Assembly (NCBI GenBank): GCA_965183885.1
Contig: OZ238992.1
Coordinates: forward strand, 2,049,548-2,113,547
Direction: 5' to 3'
Length of the DNA stretch: 64,000 nucleotides
Source of the DNA: Flavobacteriales bacterium
GTDB taxonomy: Bacteria > Bacteroidota > Bacteroidia > Flavobacteriales > BACL11
Part shown: positions 19,069 through 30,013 of the stretch, piece by piece
Position numbering within the stretch: the first letter of the stretch is position 1
Layout of the letters: each line of letters starts with the position of its first letter
Program-made: the position numbers and the translations under genes
Notes under the pieces: model-generated
Database searches by the model: none
Told to the model about the DNA's origin: nothing
What the model saw: only the letters and a program-made list of their open reading frames with translations

Positions 19069-19670
19069 TAATAGCTATCTTTTAGTTCTGACATAATTGT
19101 AAATAATTGCTCTCTACTCCTATGTAGTTGTGCTTTTACAGTTCCAAGAGGAATACCTAGAGCTTCTGAAATTTCAGTATAACTCATTTCCTTATAGTAA
19201 CGTAATTTTATTAAATCTCTATATTTTGGTTTTAATTGATTAACAATGCTCCTTAATATTTTAATTCTTTGCTTCTTAATCATTAATTTTTCAGGATTTG
19301 GACTGTCTAGCTTTAAATCAAAATTATTGCGACTACCATCACTATTTACCATCATATTTTCAATAGAAACAGTAGGCAGTTTATGTTTACGGAAATAATC
19401 AATACAATTATTACGTGCAATAGTAAATAACCATGTACTAAAAGCATAATCGGATGAGTATAAGTGTAACTTCATAAAAGCTTTTGATAAAGTTTCAATA
19501 GTTAAATCTTGTGCTAATTCTTTATCATTTACCTTTTCATAAATCATAAAATATAAAGGGTCCAGATATAATTTTGCCAATTGGCTATATGCTAAGGGAT
19601 CTCCGTTAGTTAAGGCTTTATTAATAAGTTTAAGATCCCTATTTGCTTTATCAGTCAGTTTATGACTCAT
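19068..19670 (-). CDS. ECF RNA polymerase sigma-70 factor
   Basis: AQDLTIETLSKAF, FSTWLFTIARNNCIDYFRK, MSYTEISEALGIPLGTVKAQLHRSRE. Confidence 0.92.
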   Translation of the reverse strand: MSHKLTDKANRDLKLINKALTNGDPLAYSQLAKLYLDPLYFMIYEKVNDKELAQDLTIETLSKAFMKLHLYSSDYAFSTWLFTIARNNCIDYFRKHKLPTVSIENMMVNSDGSRNNFDLKLDSPNPEKLMIKKQRIKILRSIVNQLKPKYRDLIKLRYYKEMSYTEISEALGIPLGTVKAQLHRSREQLFTIMSELKDSY

Positions 19671-20770
19671 CTATTCCATTGTTTTGGTTTCTGTAAAAAA
19701 TTCAATAGTACAAAAATTCCTTGAATTACCAATAACAGTATCTCATACAATGGGTGTATCCAATATAAATCAAGTACACTTAATCCTTTCATTACTTTAT
19801 AGTTTACCACATAAGAAGAAATGATTTTTATTACTAACAACAATAAAACCAATGGTATTTGTATATTAAGTAGTAATAACGAAAAAAGTGCTACCCAAAA
19901 TAATAGTTGGGCATAAGGGTATAATGTTAAAAGAACTTTAAACTTAAACTTATAGTGTGATGCTGTGCTAATATGCCTCCTTTTTTGATAGATCCAATCC
20001 TTCCACTTTTTATTTACTTCCGAAATAGTATGAGCTTTATTATTTACCTCAATAGCAACATTATTACTTGTTGCTACTTCCTGTATAAATAAGTCATCAT
20101 CCCCTGACGGTATATGTAGGTGATTAGCAAAACCTTTATTCTTAAAGAAAATTGATTTTTTATAAGCTAAGTTTCTTCCTACTCCCATGTAAGTTTGCTT
20201 TGCTAATGCATAAGAAAGGTATTGTTGAGCAACATTAAAAGTATCAAATCGGATAATTTTATTTAATAAACCTCTTTCTTTTTCATAAGCACCATAACCT
20301 AGTACTATATCCTTATCACTAAAATTGCTTACCATTTGTTTTAGCCAACGCTTAGAGCTTGGGTAGCAATCAGCATCACTTAACAACACATGTTCATACT
20401 TAGCAGTTTTAATCCCTAGTGTTAAAGCAAACTTTTTACCTGGCCTATGATTGATATGCTCATCAATAGTAACTACAACTAAGTTAGGATGATTAACATC
20501 AAATTCTTTTAATAATTTAGCAGTACCATCAGTAGATTGATCATTAACTACTATAACTTCAAACTCAGAATATTCTTGACTCAGTACTTTTGGTAAATTA
20601 TCTCTTAAGTTCTTTACTTCATTCTTTGCACAGATAATAATAGAAACTGCATCATTAAAATGAGAATCTTCATTTTTAAAAAACATAAGTTTTTTAAAAA
20701 AATAAATCTGGTATACTAATAGAATAAAAAGACTGATAATCAGTATTCCAACAAGGACATACTCCAACAT
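19667..20770 (-). CDS. Membrane glycosyltransferase family 2
   Basis: SIIICAKNE, VVNDQSTD, GKKFAL, LLSDADC, SGDDDLF, QKRRH. Confidence 0.9.
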   Translation of the reverse strand: MLEYVLVGILIISLFILLVYQIYFFKKLMFFKNEDSHFNDAVSIIICAKNEVKNLRDNLPKVLSQEYSEFEVIVVNDQSTDGTAKLLKEFDVNHPNLVVVTIDEHINHRPGKKFALTLGIKTAKYEHVLLSDADCYPSSKRWLKQMVSNFSDKDIVLGYGAYEKERGLLNKIIRFDTFNVAQQYLSYALAKQTYMGVGRNLAYKKSIFFKNKGFANHLHIPSGDDDLFIQEVATSNNVAIEVNNKAHTISEVNKKWKDWIYQKRRHISTASHYKFKFKVLLTLYPYAQLLFWVALFSLLLLNIQIPLVLLLLVIKIISSYVVNYKVMKGLSVLDLYWIHPLYEILLLVIQGIFVLLNFLQKPKQWNR

Positions 20771-20774
20771 ATAA

Positions 20775-21725
20775 TTATGCTTCTTCTAAGTAATTTAAGA
20801 TGTTCTTCTCTACTCTATTAATTACATCTGAGACATCTTCTTTTACAAATGTATCACCAGTAATATATTCAAATAACTCTATATACCTTTCTGATACTGA
20901 TGTACAGTATTCTTCTGACATTTCAGGAATTTCTTGACCATCCTTACCTTGGAATCCATTCTCAATTAACCACTGACGAACAAATTCTTTAGAAAGTTGT
21001 TTTTGTTGTACTCCATTAGCAATTTTATCTTCATAACCTTCAATATAAAAATAACGAGATGAATCTGGTGTATGAATTTCATCAATAAGCGTGATAACAC
21101 CATCTTTATCTTTTCCAAACTCATATTTTGTATCTACAAGAATAAGTCCTTTTTCTGCTGCCATTTCAGTTCCTCTTTGAAACAAAGCTCTAGTATATTC
21201 TTCTAACATAATATAATCAGCTTCAGCTACTAATCCTTGAGCTAAGATTTCTTCTCTACTAATATCTTCATCATGCCCAACTTCAGCTTTAGTTGTTGGA
21301 GTAATTAATGGGGTTTCAAACTTTTGATTTTCTACCATTCCATCAGGCATTGGAACACCACATAACATTCTTTTTCCTGCTTTATATTCTCTCCAAGCAT
21401 GTCCTGTTAAGTAACCTCTAATTACCATTTCTACCATAAATGGCTCACACATCTTTCCAATAGTTACACTAGGGTCTGGTGTTGCTTCCATCCAATTAGG
21501 TACTATATCAGCTGTAGCTGTTAAAAATTTTGCTGCAATTTGACTTAAGACTTGTCCTTTGTAAGGTATTCCTTCAGGTAATACATGGTCAAAAGCTGAG
21601 ATTCTATCAGAAGCCACCATTACTAGTGTTTCATTATTTACAGTATATACATCTCTTACTTTTCCTTTATAGAATTTTGTTTGCCCTGGTAAGTTGAAGT
21701 TTGTTCCTTTAATTGTGTTAATCAT
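20775..21725 (-). CDS. purC: Phosphoribosylaminoimidazolesuccinocarboxamide synthase
   Basis: [61 protein letters not shown]. Confidence 0.95.
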   Translation of the reverse strand: MINTIKGTNFNLPGQTKFYKGKVRDVYTVNNETLVMVASDRISAFDHVLPEGIPYKGQVLSQIAAKFLTATADIVPNWMEATPDPSVTIGKMCEPFMVEMVIRGYLTGHAWREYKAGKRMLCGVPMPDGMVENQKFETPLITPTTKAEVGHDEDISREEILAQGLVAEADYIMLEEYTRALFQRGTEMAAEKGLILVDTKYEFGKDKDGVITLIDEIHTPDSSRYFYIEGYEDKIANGVQQKQLSKEFVRQWLIENGFQGKDGQEIPEMSEEYCTSVSERYIELFEYITGDTFVKEDVSDVINRVEKNILNYLEEA

Positions 21726-22659
21726 GTTTTTCTGTTTTATATGCTTTAATTATTTCTTTTACTAATTTGTGTCTTATTACATCCTTTTCATCTAGCTGGA
21801 TAAAGCTAATTCCTTTAACTCCACCAAGTAATCTTTTAGCGTGTAGTAAACCTGATTGTTGGTGTTTTGGTAAGTCAACCTGAGTTTCATCACCTGTAAT
21901 TATAAATTTGGCTGACATTCCCATTCTTGTCAGAAACATTTTCATTTGTTGTTCTGTAGTATTTTGCCCTTCATCTAAAATTACAAAGGCTTTATCTAAT
22001 GTTCTACCTCTCATAAATGCTAAAGGAGCAATTTGTATTGTTCCGTTTTCTAAATAATCATTTAACTTTTCTATAGGTATCATATCAAATAATGCATCAT
22101 ATATAGGCTGCATGTAAGGATCTAGTTTTTCTTTAAGGTCTCCTGGTAAAAAACCAAGATTCTCTCCTGCTTCTACTGCTGGTCGTGTAAGTATAAGTCT
22201 TTTTACTTCTCTATCTTTTAATGCCTTTACAGCTATAGCAACAGCAGTATAAGTTTTTCCTGTACCTGCAGGCCCTACAGCAAATAGCATGTCATTTTTA
22301 TTAATCTCTGCAACCATCTTGCGCTGATTTGCAGTACGAGCTTTTATTACCTTTCCATTTTGTCCATAAAGAATAATATCGTCTTTCGTTTTTAAAATCT
22401 CTTTTTCATCTCCTTCTACTAAACGTTCTATCTGGCTAATAGTTAAAGCTCCATACTGGTTAAGATGCTTGATAAATGCTGCTAGCTTCATCTCAAAAAA
22501 CTTAATTTGATTGCTACTTCCTATTAATTTTAAGTTTTCACCTCTAGCAACAATTTTAATTTCTGGGAATAACGTTCTTATTTTATCGAGCTTAGTATTA
22601 TTTGCACCAAAAAGCTTTATTAGCTCAATATTACTAAGTGTTATTAATTTTTCGCTCAT
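21718..22659 (-). CDS. phoH: PhoH family ATPase
   Basis: [55 protein letters not shown]. Confidence 0.9.
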   Translation of the reverse strand: MSEKLITLSNIELIKLFGANNTKLDKIRTLFPEIKIVARGENLKLIGSSNQIKFFEMKLAAFIKHLNQYGALTISQIERLVEGDEKEILKTKDDIILYGQNGKVIKARTANQRKMVAEINKNDMLFAVGPAGTGKTYTAVAIAVKALKDREVKRLILTRPAVEAGENLGFLPGDLKEKLDPYMQPIYDALFDMIPIEKLNDYLENGTIQIAPLAFMRGRTLDKAFVILDEGQNTTEQQMKMFLTRMGMSAKFIITGDETQVDLPKHQQSGLLHAKRLLGGVKGISFIQLDEKDVIRHKLVKEIIKAYKTEKHD

Positions 22660-22747
22660 TAATTATTTCCGTTTATAGATTTCTCTTATTTTTGAGGCTG
22701 CAAAATAACAATATTTTAACTGTTTCATCAATAGCTTTTAGCAATAA

Positions 22748-23533
22748 ATGGCAATAATTACTCTTACTTCTGATTTAGGCACCAAAGATGCCTACCTTCC
22801 ATCTATAAAAGGAAGTATTTATAGTCAGTTAGAAAACGTTACTATTGTTGATATTAGCAATAATATTGAGGCTTTTAATATATCACAAGCAGCTTATGTT
22901 CTTCGAAACTGCTTTAAAGATTTCCCAATAGGAACAATACATATAATAAGTATTGATGATGAAATATCTATTAAAAATGAACACTTAGTAGTTAAAGCAC
23001 ATGGCCATTTTTTTATAGGTGCAGATAATGGTTTCTTCTCACTATTACTTAATGAAGTAAAAGCTGAAAAAATTATACGACTTAATATATCACAAGAGTC
23101 AAACTGTATGACTTTTGCCACAAAAAATATATTTGTTCCTGCTGCCTGCCATTTAGCAAGGGGTGGTACTATGGAGATTATTGGTATTCCTGTTCCTGAC
23201 TACGAAATAAAACGAACAGAACTAAAAGCTGTTAAAGAAAAGGATACTATAAAGGGTGTTGTTGTTTATGTTGATCATTATGGAAACGCAATAACAAATA
23301 TTAATAAACAGGAATTTGAGCAAATAAGAAGAGGAAGGGATTTTACCATACTTTTTGGAAGAGAAGATGAACAAATAATAAAAATATCAGAAAAGTATAA
23401 AGATGTTTTTGAGGGTGATAAACTAGCAATATTTGGAGAAAATATGCAGCTACAAATTGCATTAAACCAAGGTAAAGCAAACACTTTACTAGGTTTAGGA
23501 CTGCACTCAATAATTAGAATTGAATTTAAATGA
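22748..23533 (+). CDS. DUF62 / SAM hydroxide adenosyltransferase-halogenase superfamily protein
   Basis: IITLTSDLG, VDIS, GADNG, VYVDHYGNAITNI, LQIALNQG. Confidence 0.85.
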   Translation: MAIITLTSDLGTKDAYLPSIKGSIYSQLENVTIVDISNNIEAFNISQAAYVLRNCFKDFPIGTIHIISIDDEISIKNEHLVVKAHGHFFIGADNGFFSLLLNEVKAEKIIRLNISQESNCMTFATKNIFVPAACHLARGGTMEIIGIPVPDYEIKRTELKAVKEKDTIKGVVVYVDHYGNAITNINKQEFEQIRRGRDFTILFGREDEQIIKISEKYKDVFEGDKLAIFGENMQLQIALNQGKANTLLGLGLHSIIRIEFK

Positions 23534-24261
23534 TAGCATTATTAAATAAAGAAATTAATAGTTTTTTTAGCACTTTAACAGGTTATTTAATTATAAGCCT
23601 ATTTTTAATTGTTAATGGAGTGTTATTATGGTCCGAAATAAGCACAATGAATATATTAGATTATGGATATGCTAATATGGATGTATTTTTTACAACTTCT
23701 CCCCTCCTATTTTTACTTTTTATACCAGCAGTAAGCATGCGTGTTTTTGCTGAAGAGTATAATACTGGAACTATTGAGGTGCTTTTAACAAAGCCTATTA
23801 CTCTTTTTAATATTGTGCTTGGTAAATATTTAGCTGTTTTATCTTTAGTTGTTATAGCTGTTTTCCCTACTTTAATTTATGTAGGGAGTATTTATTTTTT
23901 AGGAGAAACTACAGGAAACCTTGATGGAGCAGCAATACTTGGATCTTATATAGGTTTATTGCTTTTAAGTAGTCTTTTTGCTGCTATTAGTGTCTATGCT
24001 TCATCAATTACATCAAACCAGATTATAGCCTTTGTTTTGGCAATAATACTAAACTCCCTTTTTTATTTTGGTTTTGAACTAATTAGTGAATTTTCTTTTT
24101 TACAAAAGATTGATTTAGTAATTCAAAAAATAGGAATTTCTTACCACTACTCAACCATGAGTAAAGGTTTAATACAGTTCTCTGATATTATATACTTCTT
24201 ATCTGTTAGCTTCTTATTTTTAAAATTTACAGAACTAGTAATTAAAAAAAGAAGAGCATAA
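23530..24261 (+). CDS. gldF: Gliding motility ABC transporter permease
   Basis: KEINSFFS, IPAVSMRVFAEE..TGTIEVLLTKP, LGSYIGL, HYSTMSKG. Confidence 0.9.
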   Translation: MIALLNKEINSFFSTLTGYLIISLFLIVNGVLLWSEISTMNILDYGYANMDVFFTTSPLLFLLFIPAVSMRVFAEEYNTGTIEVLLTKPITLFNIVLGKYLAVLSLVVIAVFPTLIYVGSIYFLGETTGNLDGAAILGSYIGLLLLSSLFAAISVYASSITSNQIIAFVLAIILNSLFYFGFELISEFSFLQKIDLVIQKIGISYHYSTMSKGLIQFSDIIYFLSVSFLFLKFTELVIKKRRA

Positions 24262-25988
24262 TGAAAGATAATAACTACATCATTATTCTAACATCACTAC
24301 TACTAGTTTTTTTACTTAATAGTTTAGCAAACAGTATAGATTTTAGGTTTGATATGACTGCTGAAAATAGACATTCCTTAGCTGAGGAAACTAAAACTAT
24401 TATTCATGATTTAGATGACAATCTATTTATAAAGGTATATCTGGATGGAGATTTCCCTGCTGATTTTAAATACTTACAAAATGCTGTGCATAATTTACTA
24501 AGCCAGCTTAAAGAAATCTCTCCTAAAAATATTGATTTTGAGTTTATTAATCCTAACCAATCAAATAGTGATGCTGACAGAATGGCTTTATTTAAACAAT
24601 TAGTAAATCAGGACCTTACTCCTACTGATTTGGAAATTAGAACTGCAGGAAATAATAGCAATCAAATTATATTTCCTGGTGCACTTATTTACTACAAGGA
24701 TAAAAAAGAAGCTGTTAATTTTTTAACTAATACATTAGGGAATACTACAAGTAAAAACATTAATACTTCTGTTGAGAACCTTGAATATGATTTTGTATCT
24801 GCTATAAAACACCTCAAGCAAAATAAAGTTGAGAAAATAGCATTCCTAACTGGTAATGGTGAATTAACCGAAAATGAGGTTTATGACGTTACAGAATCTG
24901 TAGCCAAAGATAATTTTAAGCTTTCTTATAACTATAGTATTGATAGGTTTAATATCAAAAAATTTGCAATTGATAGCACCACTATGCAACCTAACCTATC
25001 AAGACAACTAGCATTACTAAAATCATATAAAGTTGTTGTTATAGCCAAGCCAACTATTGCTTTCAATAATATTGACAAACTTCTTATTGATCAATATATT
25101 ATGAATGGAGGAAGAGTACTATGGCTAGTAGATGGTGTAATTGCCGATATGGATAGCTTAAGACAAGAAAAAAGTAGCTTTATAGCTTTAAAAAACCAGC
25201 TTAATATTGACGACCAATTACTTAAATATGGAGTAAGAATAAATGCAAATTTAATTGAAGATTTAAGAGCATCTCAAATCCCAATTATTACAGGGTATAG
25301 CAATAATATTCCACAACAAGAATTTTATGATTGGCCCTATTTCCCTTTATTAACCTCTGATAGCAAACACCCTATATCTAAAGGAATAGATGCTGTAAAG
25401 TGTAATTTTGTAAGCTCCATTGATACTATTAAGAATACTATTAAGAAAACTATTTTATTACACAGTTCTAAAAAAAGCAGATTAAACTTAGCTCCTGCTA
25501 AAGTTAGTTTAGGAATGTTAGAAAATCCTCCTGCAACTGAAACATACAATAAGAAAAATGAGCCTATTGCTGTATTGTTAGAGGGTAATTTTGAATCTGT
25601 ATTTAAAAATAGAATACAAATCAAACAAAGCCTTATAAAACTAAAGAACGAAAGTACACCAACAAAAATGATAGTTGTTGCTGATGGTGATATAATTGCT
25701 AATAGTATTAGCAGTTCATCTAAGTTATATCCTTTAGGCTATGACCCATTTATTAAATATACATACTCTGGTAATAAGCACTTTATTATTAATGCTATTC
25801 ATTATTTATGTGATGATATTGGTTTAACAAAATTAAAATCAAAAGAGCTAACAATAAGATTATTAGATAAATCAAAGATTAAAAGATACAAACTCTTAAT
25901 ACAATTAATAAATATAGTATTTCCCTTAATATTACTACTAGTATTTGCTTTATTCTTTACCACAATTAAAAAAAGAAAATATGCCTAA
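24261..25988 (+). CDS. gldG: Gliding motility ABC transporter substrate-binding protein
   Basis: RFDMTAENRHSL, VYLDGDFP, NLEYDF, DQYIMNGGRVLW, GVRIN..LIED, WPYFP, GYD...Y.GNK.FI.NAIHYL. Confidence 0.92.
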   Translation: MKDNNYIIILTSLLLVFLLNSLANSIDFRFDMTAENRHSLAEETKTIIHDLDDNLFIKVYLDGDFPADFKYLQNAVHNLLSQLKEISPKNIDFEFINPNQSNSDADRMALFKQLVNQDLTPTDLEIRTAGNNSNQIIFPGALIYYKDKKEAVNFLTNTLGNTTSKNINTSVENLEYDFVSAIKHLKQNKVEKIAFLTGNGELTENEVYDVTESVAKDNFKLSYNYSIDRFNIKKFAIDSTTMQPNLSRQLALLKSYKVVVIAKPTIAFNNIDKLLIDQYIMNGGRVLWLVDGVIADMDSLRQEKSSFIALKNQLNIDDQLLKYGVRINANLIEDLRASQIPIITGYSNNIPQQEFYDWPYFPLLTSDSKHPISKGIDAVKCNFVSSIDTIKNTIKKTILLHSSKKSRLNLAPAKVSLGMLENPPATETYNKKNEPIAVLLEGNFESVFKNRIQIKQSLIKLKNESTPTKMIVVADGDIIANSISSSSKLYPLGYDPFIKYTYSGNKHFIINAIHYLCDDIGLTKLKSKELTIRLLDKSKIKRYKLLIQLINIVFPLILLLVFALFFTTIKKRKYA

Positions 25989-26937
25989 AAAACAACTCTT
26001 CTATATAGCAGCAATTTTACTTATTACTGCTATAATTTGGTTTTTAACCTCAAATAAAAAATCAACCATAAGTACTGATAATACATTTGATGTTTCTGAT
26101 ACATCATCAGTAACCAAAGTATTTATTGCTGACAGGAATGGCACAACACTAACCTTAGTAAGAACAGATGGCAATTGGACTGTAAACGATAAGTATAATG
26201 TTAGAAAAGACGCTATAAACACCTTACTATATACAATAAAAAGCATCAGAGTAGAACGCCCAGTACCAACTAAAATATTTGATAAAGTCATACGAAACTT
26301 AGCAACATCTGGAGTTAAAGTTGAGGTATATACTAATAAAGAAACACCGTTCAAAACCTATACTGTAGGAGGCTCTGCTAATAACCACTTGGGGAGCTAC
26401 ATGTTACAAGAAGGAGCTGAAGCACCATTTGTAGTACATATTCCTTCAGTAAATGGTTTTTTAGGACCAAGATATGGCATACAAGGAAGCAAGTTAGACA
26501 TATATAGTTGGAGAGACAATACTGTTTTTAGTCTTTCTTCTAATGAAATTAGAAATATATCTGTAAAGCATCTTAACGATATTGAAAAATCTTTTAGTTG
26601 GAGTGCTAACCCTAGAGAGTTAGCAAACTATAAAGGAGAGTTAGTTTCAGAGAACCCTGAACGCTTACTACAACTAGTTAATAGCTTTAAAAAACTAAAC
26701 TGTGAGATATATAAAGAAGAAAAACACAAGATTGAGTTTGCAACTCCTCTACATGAATTAGTTGTTAATTCTGACACTCTTAGGACCTATTCTATAGGAG
26801 AGTCTGTAAGTAAAGAAAAGAAAAAAGAGTTTAATGTAAAAAGAATGTATGCTACTTTGAATAATGGAGAACTAATGTTAATACAAGATTATGTTTTCAA
26901 CAAAGTGTTAATTACTATTGATGAATTGGTGAATTAA
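25981..26937 (+). CDS. DUF4340 domain protein
   Basis: N-terminal anchor; typical position after gldG; WRDNTVF motif; ATG at 25981. Confidence 0.7.
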   Translation: MPKKQLFYIAAILLITAIIWFLTSNKKSTISTDNTFDVSDTSSVTKVFIADRNGTTLTLVRTDGNWTVNDKYNVRKDAINTLLYTIKSIRVERPVPTKIFDKVIRNLATSGVKVEVYTNKETPFKTYTVGGSANNHLGSYMLQEGAEAPFVVHIPSVNGFLGPRYGIQGSKLDIYSWRDNTVFSLSSNEIRNISVKHLNDIEKSFSWSANPRELANYKGELVSENPERLLQLVNSFKKLNCEIYKEEKHKIEFATPLHELVVNSDTLRTYSIGESVSKEKKKEFNVKRMYATLNNGELMLIQDYVFNKVLITIDELVN

Positions 26938-27010
26938 AGAATCCTTTTAACTCAACATAAAATTTATATTTGACACTTATAATTAAACTTTTAAAAACAA
27001 GAAAAGCCCA

Positions 27011-28129
27011 ATGAAATTTATTGTAAATAGTACTGCATTATTAAAAGAATTACAAAAGTTAAATGGTGTTATTAGCACTAGTAATACCTTACCAATTCTT
27101 GATAATTTTTTATTTGACATTAGTAATAATGAGATGTCAATAGTAGCTTCTGATTTAGAAACAACAATGCGCTCATCAATTACTGTAGAAGCAGATGTTG
27201 ATGGGAAGATTACTATTCCGGCTCGTATATTAATTGATACTTTAAAAACATTTTCAAACCAGCCTCTTACCTTTATTGTTGATACTAATACCTTTGGTAT
27301 TGAAATGAGTTCAGAACTAGGAAACTATAGGCTTGCAGGACAAAATGCAGATGAATTTCCAAAAACACCAAAACTACAAGCATCAGCTACAACTACTATT
27401 AAAGGGGAAGTATTAGCAAATGCTATTAATAAAACTTTATTTGCTAGTGGAAATGATGAATTAAGACCTGTTATGTCAGGTGTTTTCTGTGAACTTTCTT
27501 CTGACCAAACTACTTTTGTATCAACTGATGCTCACAAACTGGTAAAGCATAGCCGTACTGATGTAAAATCGGATAAATCAGCATCTTTTATCCTGCCTAA
27601 AAAACCATTAACTATTCTTAAAAACAATATTAATGATGATGCTGAGGTAAGCTTAGAATATAATGATACAAATGCTTTATTCTCATTTAATAACATTACT
27701 ATTATTTGCCGCCTTATTGACGGTAAATACCCTAACTATGAGGCCGTAATTCCAAAAGAAAACCCTAATAAGCTAACTATTGCAACAGCAACGTTATTAA
27801 GCTCAATAAAAAGGGTTTCTATCTTTGCAAATAAAACTACTCATCAGATTAGATTTAAAGTTGCAGGTAGCGAATTACAAATTACTTCTGAAGATTTAGA
27901 CTTTGCAAATAAGGCTGAAGAACGCTTATCTTGTCAATACGAAGGAGATGATATGGAAATTGGGTTTAATTCAAGATTTGTAATTGATATGTTAAATAAT
28001 ATAGGAGCTGAGCAAATCTCTATTGAAATGAGTGCTCCTAATAGAGCTGGAATTATTTTACCCCTTGATGGACAAGAAGAAGGTGAAAATACTTTAATGT
28101 TGGTAATGCCAGTAATGTTAAACTCTTAA
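27011..28129 (+). CDS. dnaN: DNA polymerase III beta clamp
   Basis: MKFIV.S..LLK.L, LPILDNFLF, ASDLET, DELRPVMSG, STDAHKL, RLIDGKYPNY, IGFNSRF, LVMPVM. Confidence 0.97.
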   Translation: MKFIVNSTALLKELQKLNGVISTSNTLPILDNFLFDISNNEMSIVASDLETTMRSSITVEADVDGKITIPARILIDTLKTFSNQPLTFIVDTNTFGIEMSSELGNYRLAGQNADEFPKTPKLQASATTTIKGEVLANAINKTLFASGNDELRPVMSGVFCELSSDQTTFVSTDAHKLVKHSRTDVKSDKSASFILPKKPLTILKNNINDDAEVSLEYNDTNALFSFNNITIICRLIDGKYPNYEAVIPKENPNKLTIATATLLSSIKRVSIFANKTTHQIRFKVAGSELQITSEDLDFANKAEERLSCQYEGDDMEIGFNSRFVIDMLNNIGAEQISIEMSAPNRAGIILPLDGQEEGENTLMLVMPVMLNS

Positions 28130-28139
28130 TTAAACTATA

Positions 28140-28334
28140 ATGAAAAAAATACTTTTAACTCTATTTGTTTCAGGCTTACTATTTAGCTCGTGCCAAAAAT
28201 GTGTTGAATGTACAAATTGCCCTAATGATGTAGCATTAATTGATACAGAAATTTGTGAGGATAATTTTGCCTCAAAAGACGACTATAACACTGCTATTGA
28301 ACAAGTTGAGTCACTAGGCTGCAACTGCAAATAA
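28140..28334 (+). CDS. Small Cys-rich lipoprotein
   Basis: Lipobox LFSS-C, then CQKCVECTNC...EIC...GCNCK. Confidence 0.7.
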   Translation: MKKILLTLFVSGLLFSSCQKCVECTNCPNDVALIDTEICEDNFASKDDYNTAIEQVESLGCNCK

Positions 28335-28340
28335 TATACT

Positions 28341-29045
28341 ATGAAAAAAAAATCACTAATTTTATTACTAGCTATTTTTACAACTGCTGCTAGTGCACAA
28401 AGTTTAATTCCAACTAAATTTGGAATTAAAGCAGGACTGAATATTGCTAACATTACTTCTACCACTATTAAAGGTTTTGAAAAACCTTCTTCTGACTCAA
28501 AGATGGGTCTTGCAGGTGGTTTTGTATTAGAAATTGCCTTATCAGACAAATGGTTTATAAAGCCTGAGTTATTATTTTCTCAAAAAGGAGCTACATTTTA
28601 CTATGATCATACACATGATTACGAAATAAATCAAAGAGATGAATATACAACATCAAATGAGCTAACACTTTCTTATATTGATTTAAATATTAACTTAAGT
28701 TATAAAGCAACAGATAAAATTGCACTTAACTTCGGACCTTCTGTTTCCTATTTAGTTGCTTATGACTATGCATTTACACAAAGTCCAACTCAAAGCTTAC
28801 TTCATAGCAACATTTTACTTCCTGGAACAATTGAAGCAGAAACAATAGATGTTGGAATAAATTCTGGAATATCTTACTATCTAACTGAGAACTTTGTATT
28901 TGATGCAAAGGTATATACTGGTTTTTCTGGTGTTGTACAGGTAAGGTTGCCTCATGAGGCAATCCCTATTAATTCTTATACACCCCCTACTGTATATATT
29001 CTAAAGAATAATGCATTTGCTTTCTCATTTACTTACTTGTTTTAA
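28341..29045 (+). CDS. Outer-membrane beta-barrel (PorT/porin family) protein
   Basis: Signal peptide, FGIKAGLNIA, IKPELLFSQKG, C-terminal FSFTYLF. Confidence 0.85.
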   Translation: MKKKSLILLLAIFTTAASAQSLIPTKFGIKAGLNIANITSTTIKGFEKPSSDSKMGLAGGFVLEIALSDKWFIKPELLFSQKGATFYYDHTHDYEINQRDEYTTSNELTLSYIDLNINLSYKATDKIALNFGPSVSYLVAYDYAFTQSPTQSLLHSNILLPGTIEAETIDVGINSGISYYLTENFVFDAKVYTGFSGVVQVRLPHEAIPINSYTPPTVYILKNNAFAFSFTYLF

Positions 29046-29052
29046 TTAAAAG

Positions 29053-30012
29053 CTAATGTTGATGCCCTCTTGCTGCATCAATAGTAATCTTTGAGTCTAT
29101 TTTTTCTTCTTTATCAGAGGCATTAACCTTTTGCATATCATTAAGTGTTGGTTGCCCTGCATCTATCCATGCTGAATACCATAAACTCCCTAAAGTAATT
29201 ATTGATTGACGCATTCTTCTTTCAACCATACCATTAAGTTTTTTATGGTAAGTACTTGAGAAATCTAAAGATCTTACTTTAAGCGTTCTTGCTCCTTTTT
29301 TCTCGTAAGAATATTGTTTGTCTTTTTCAAATGATGATACTATTTCTTTTTCCAGTAACAATACTGAATCTAAAGAATTATGACTACTTTCAATTGCTTC
29401 CCAAGCTACATCTAAAACAGAATATTTATATGCTGCTGTACCTATCAAATAATCATATTCTACAGCAAATAATTCAGGCAATCTGCTTTCCCAAAAGGAA
29501 TGTATCCCATGCTGATTTGTTAACTGTCCGTTATAATTAAGTGTAGTGTGTAAAGGAACATGAGCATCAGCAATATAATGCCCTAAATCAGCCGAATTCT
29601 TTAAAACTAGATACGTATTCTTATTTTTAAATGCTAATACTAAATTATTATATACTGTTTGTATATGCCAGGGCAATACTCCATAAGCTTCTATTGTATC
29701 TTTTGTATACTTAAGAGTTGCATCACTCCACTTCTTAGGCATTACTTCAAATGGGTTATTCCCATAATAATCAATATCAATATAATGCCTTGAAGCTTCT
29801 TCCTTAAGAATATACCTTCTTTTATCTGCATCTATTGCATGTTCTGTTAAATAATTAATATTCTTTTTATAGAATCCAATTATATCTTCAGGCAAGGTAA
29901 AAACAGCATAATGATTTATCTTTTTATGAGCATAAAATCCCCAAGGGGTTGATGCATAATTAAAACAGGTAACAAATAATAAAAAACCTATTATTTGCAA
30001 TCTATTTTTCAT
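29053..30012 (-). CDS. S1/P1 nuclease / zinc-dependent phospholipase C family
   Basis: WGFYAHKKIN, DADKRR, HYIDID, DLGHYIADAHVPLHT..NY.GQ...GIHSFWE; ATG at 30012 lies 1 nt after the comB stop. Confidence 0.85.
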   Translation of the reverse strand: MKNRLQIIGFLLFVTCFNYASTPWGFYAHKKINHYAVFTLPEDIIGFYKKNINYLTEHAIDADKRRYILKEEASRHYIDIDYYGNNPFEVMPKKWSDATLKYTKDTIEAYGVLPWHIQTVYNNLVLAFKNKNTYLVLKNSADLGHYIADAHVPLHTTLNYNGQLTNQHGIHSFWESRLPELFAVEYDYLIGTAAYKYSVLDVAWEAIESSHNSLDSVLLLEKEIVSSFEKDKQYSYEKKGARTLKVRSLDFSSTYHKKLNGMVERRMRQSIITLGSLWYSAWIDAGQPTLNDMQKVNASDKEEKIDSKITIDAARGHQH

Positions 30013-30013
30013 G

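Noticed and set aside
22748-23533. Chlorinase/fluorinase natural-product pathway
   Set aside because: No biosynthetic genes nearby; the housekeeping context is phoH and gldFG. Kept only as an atypical DUF62 member.
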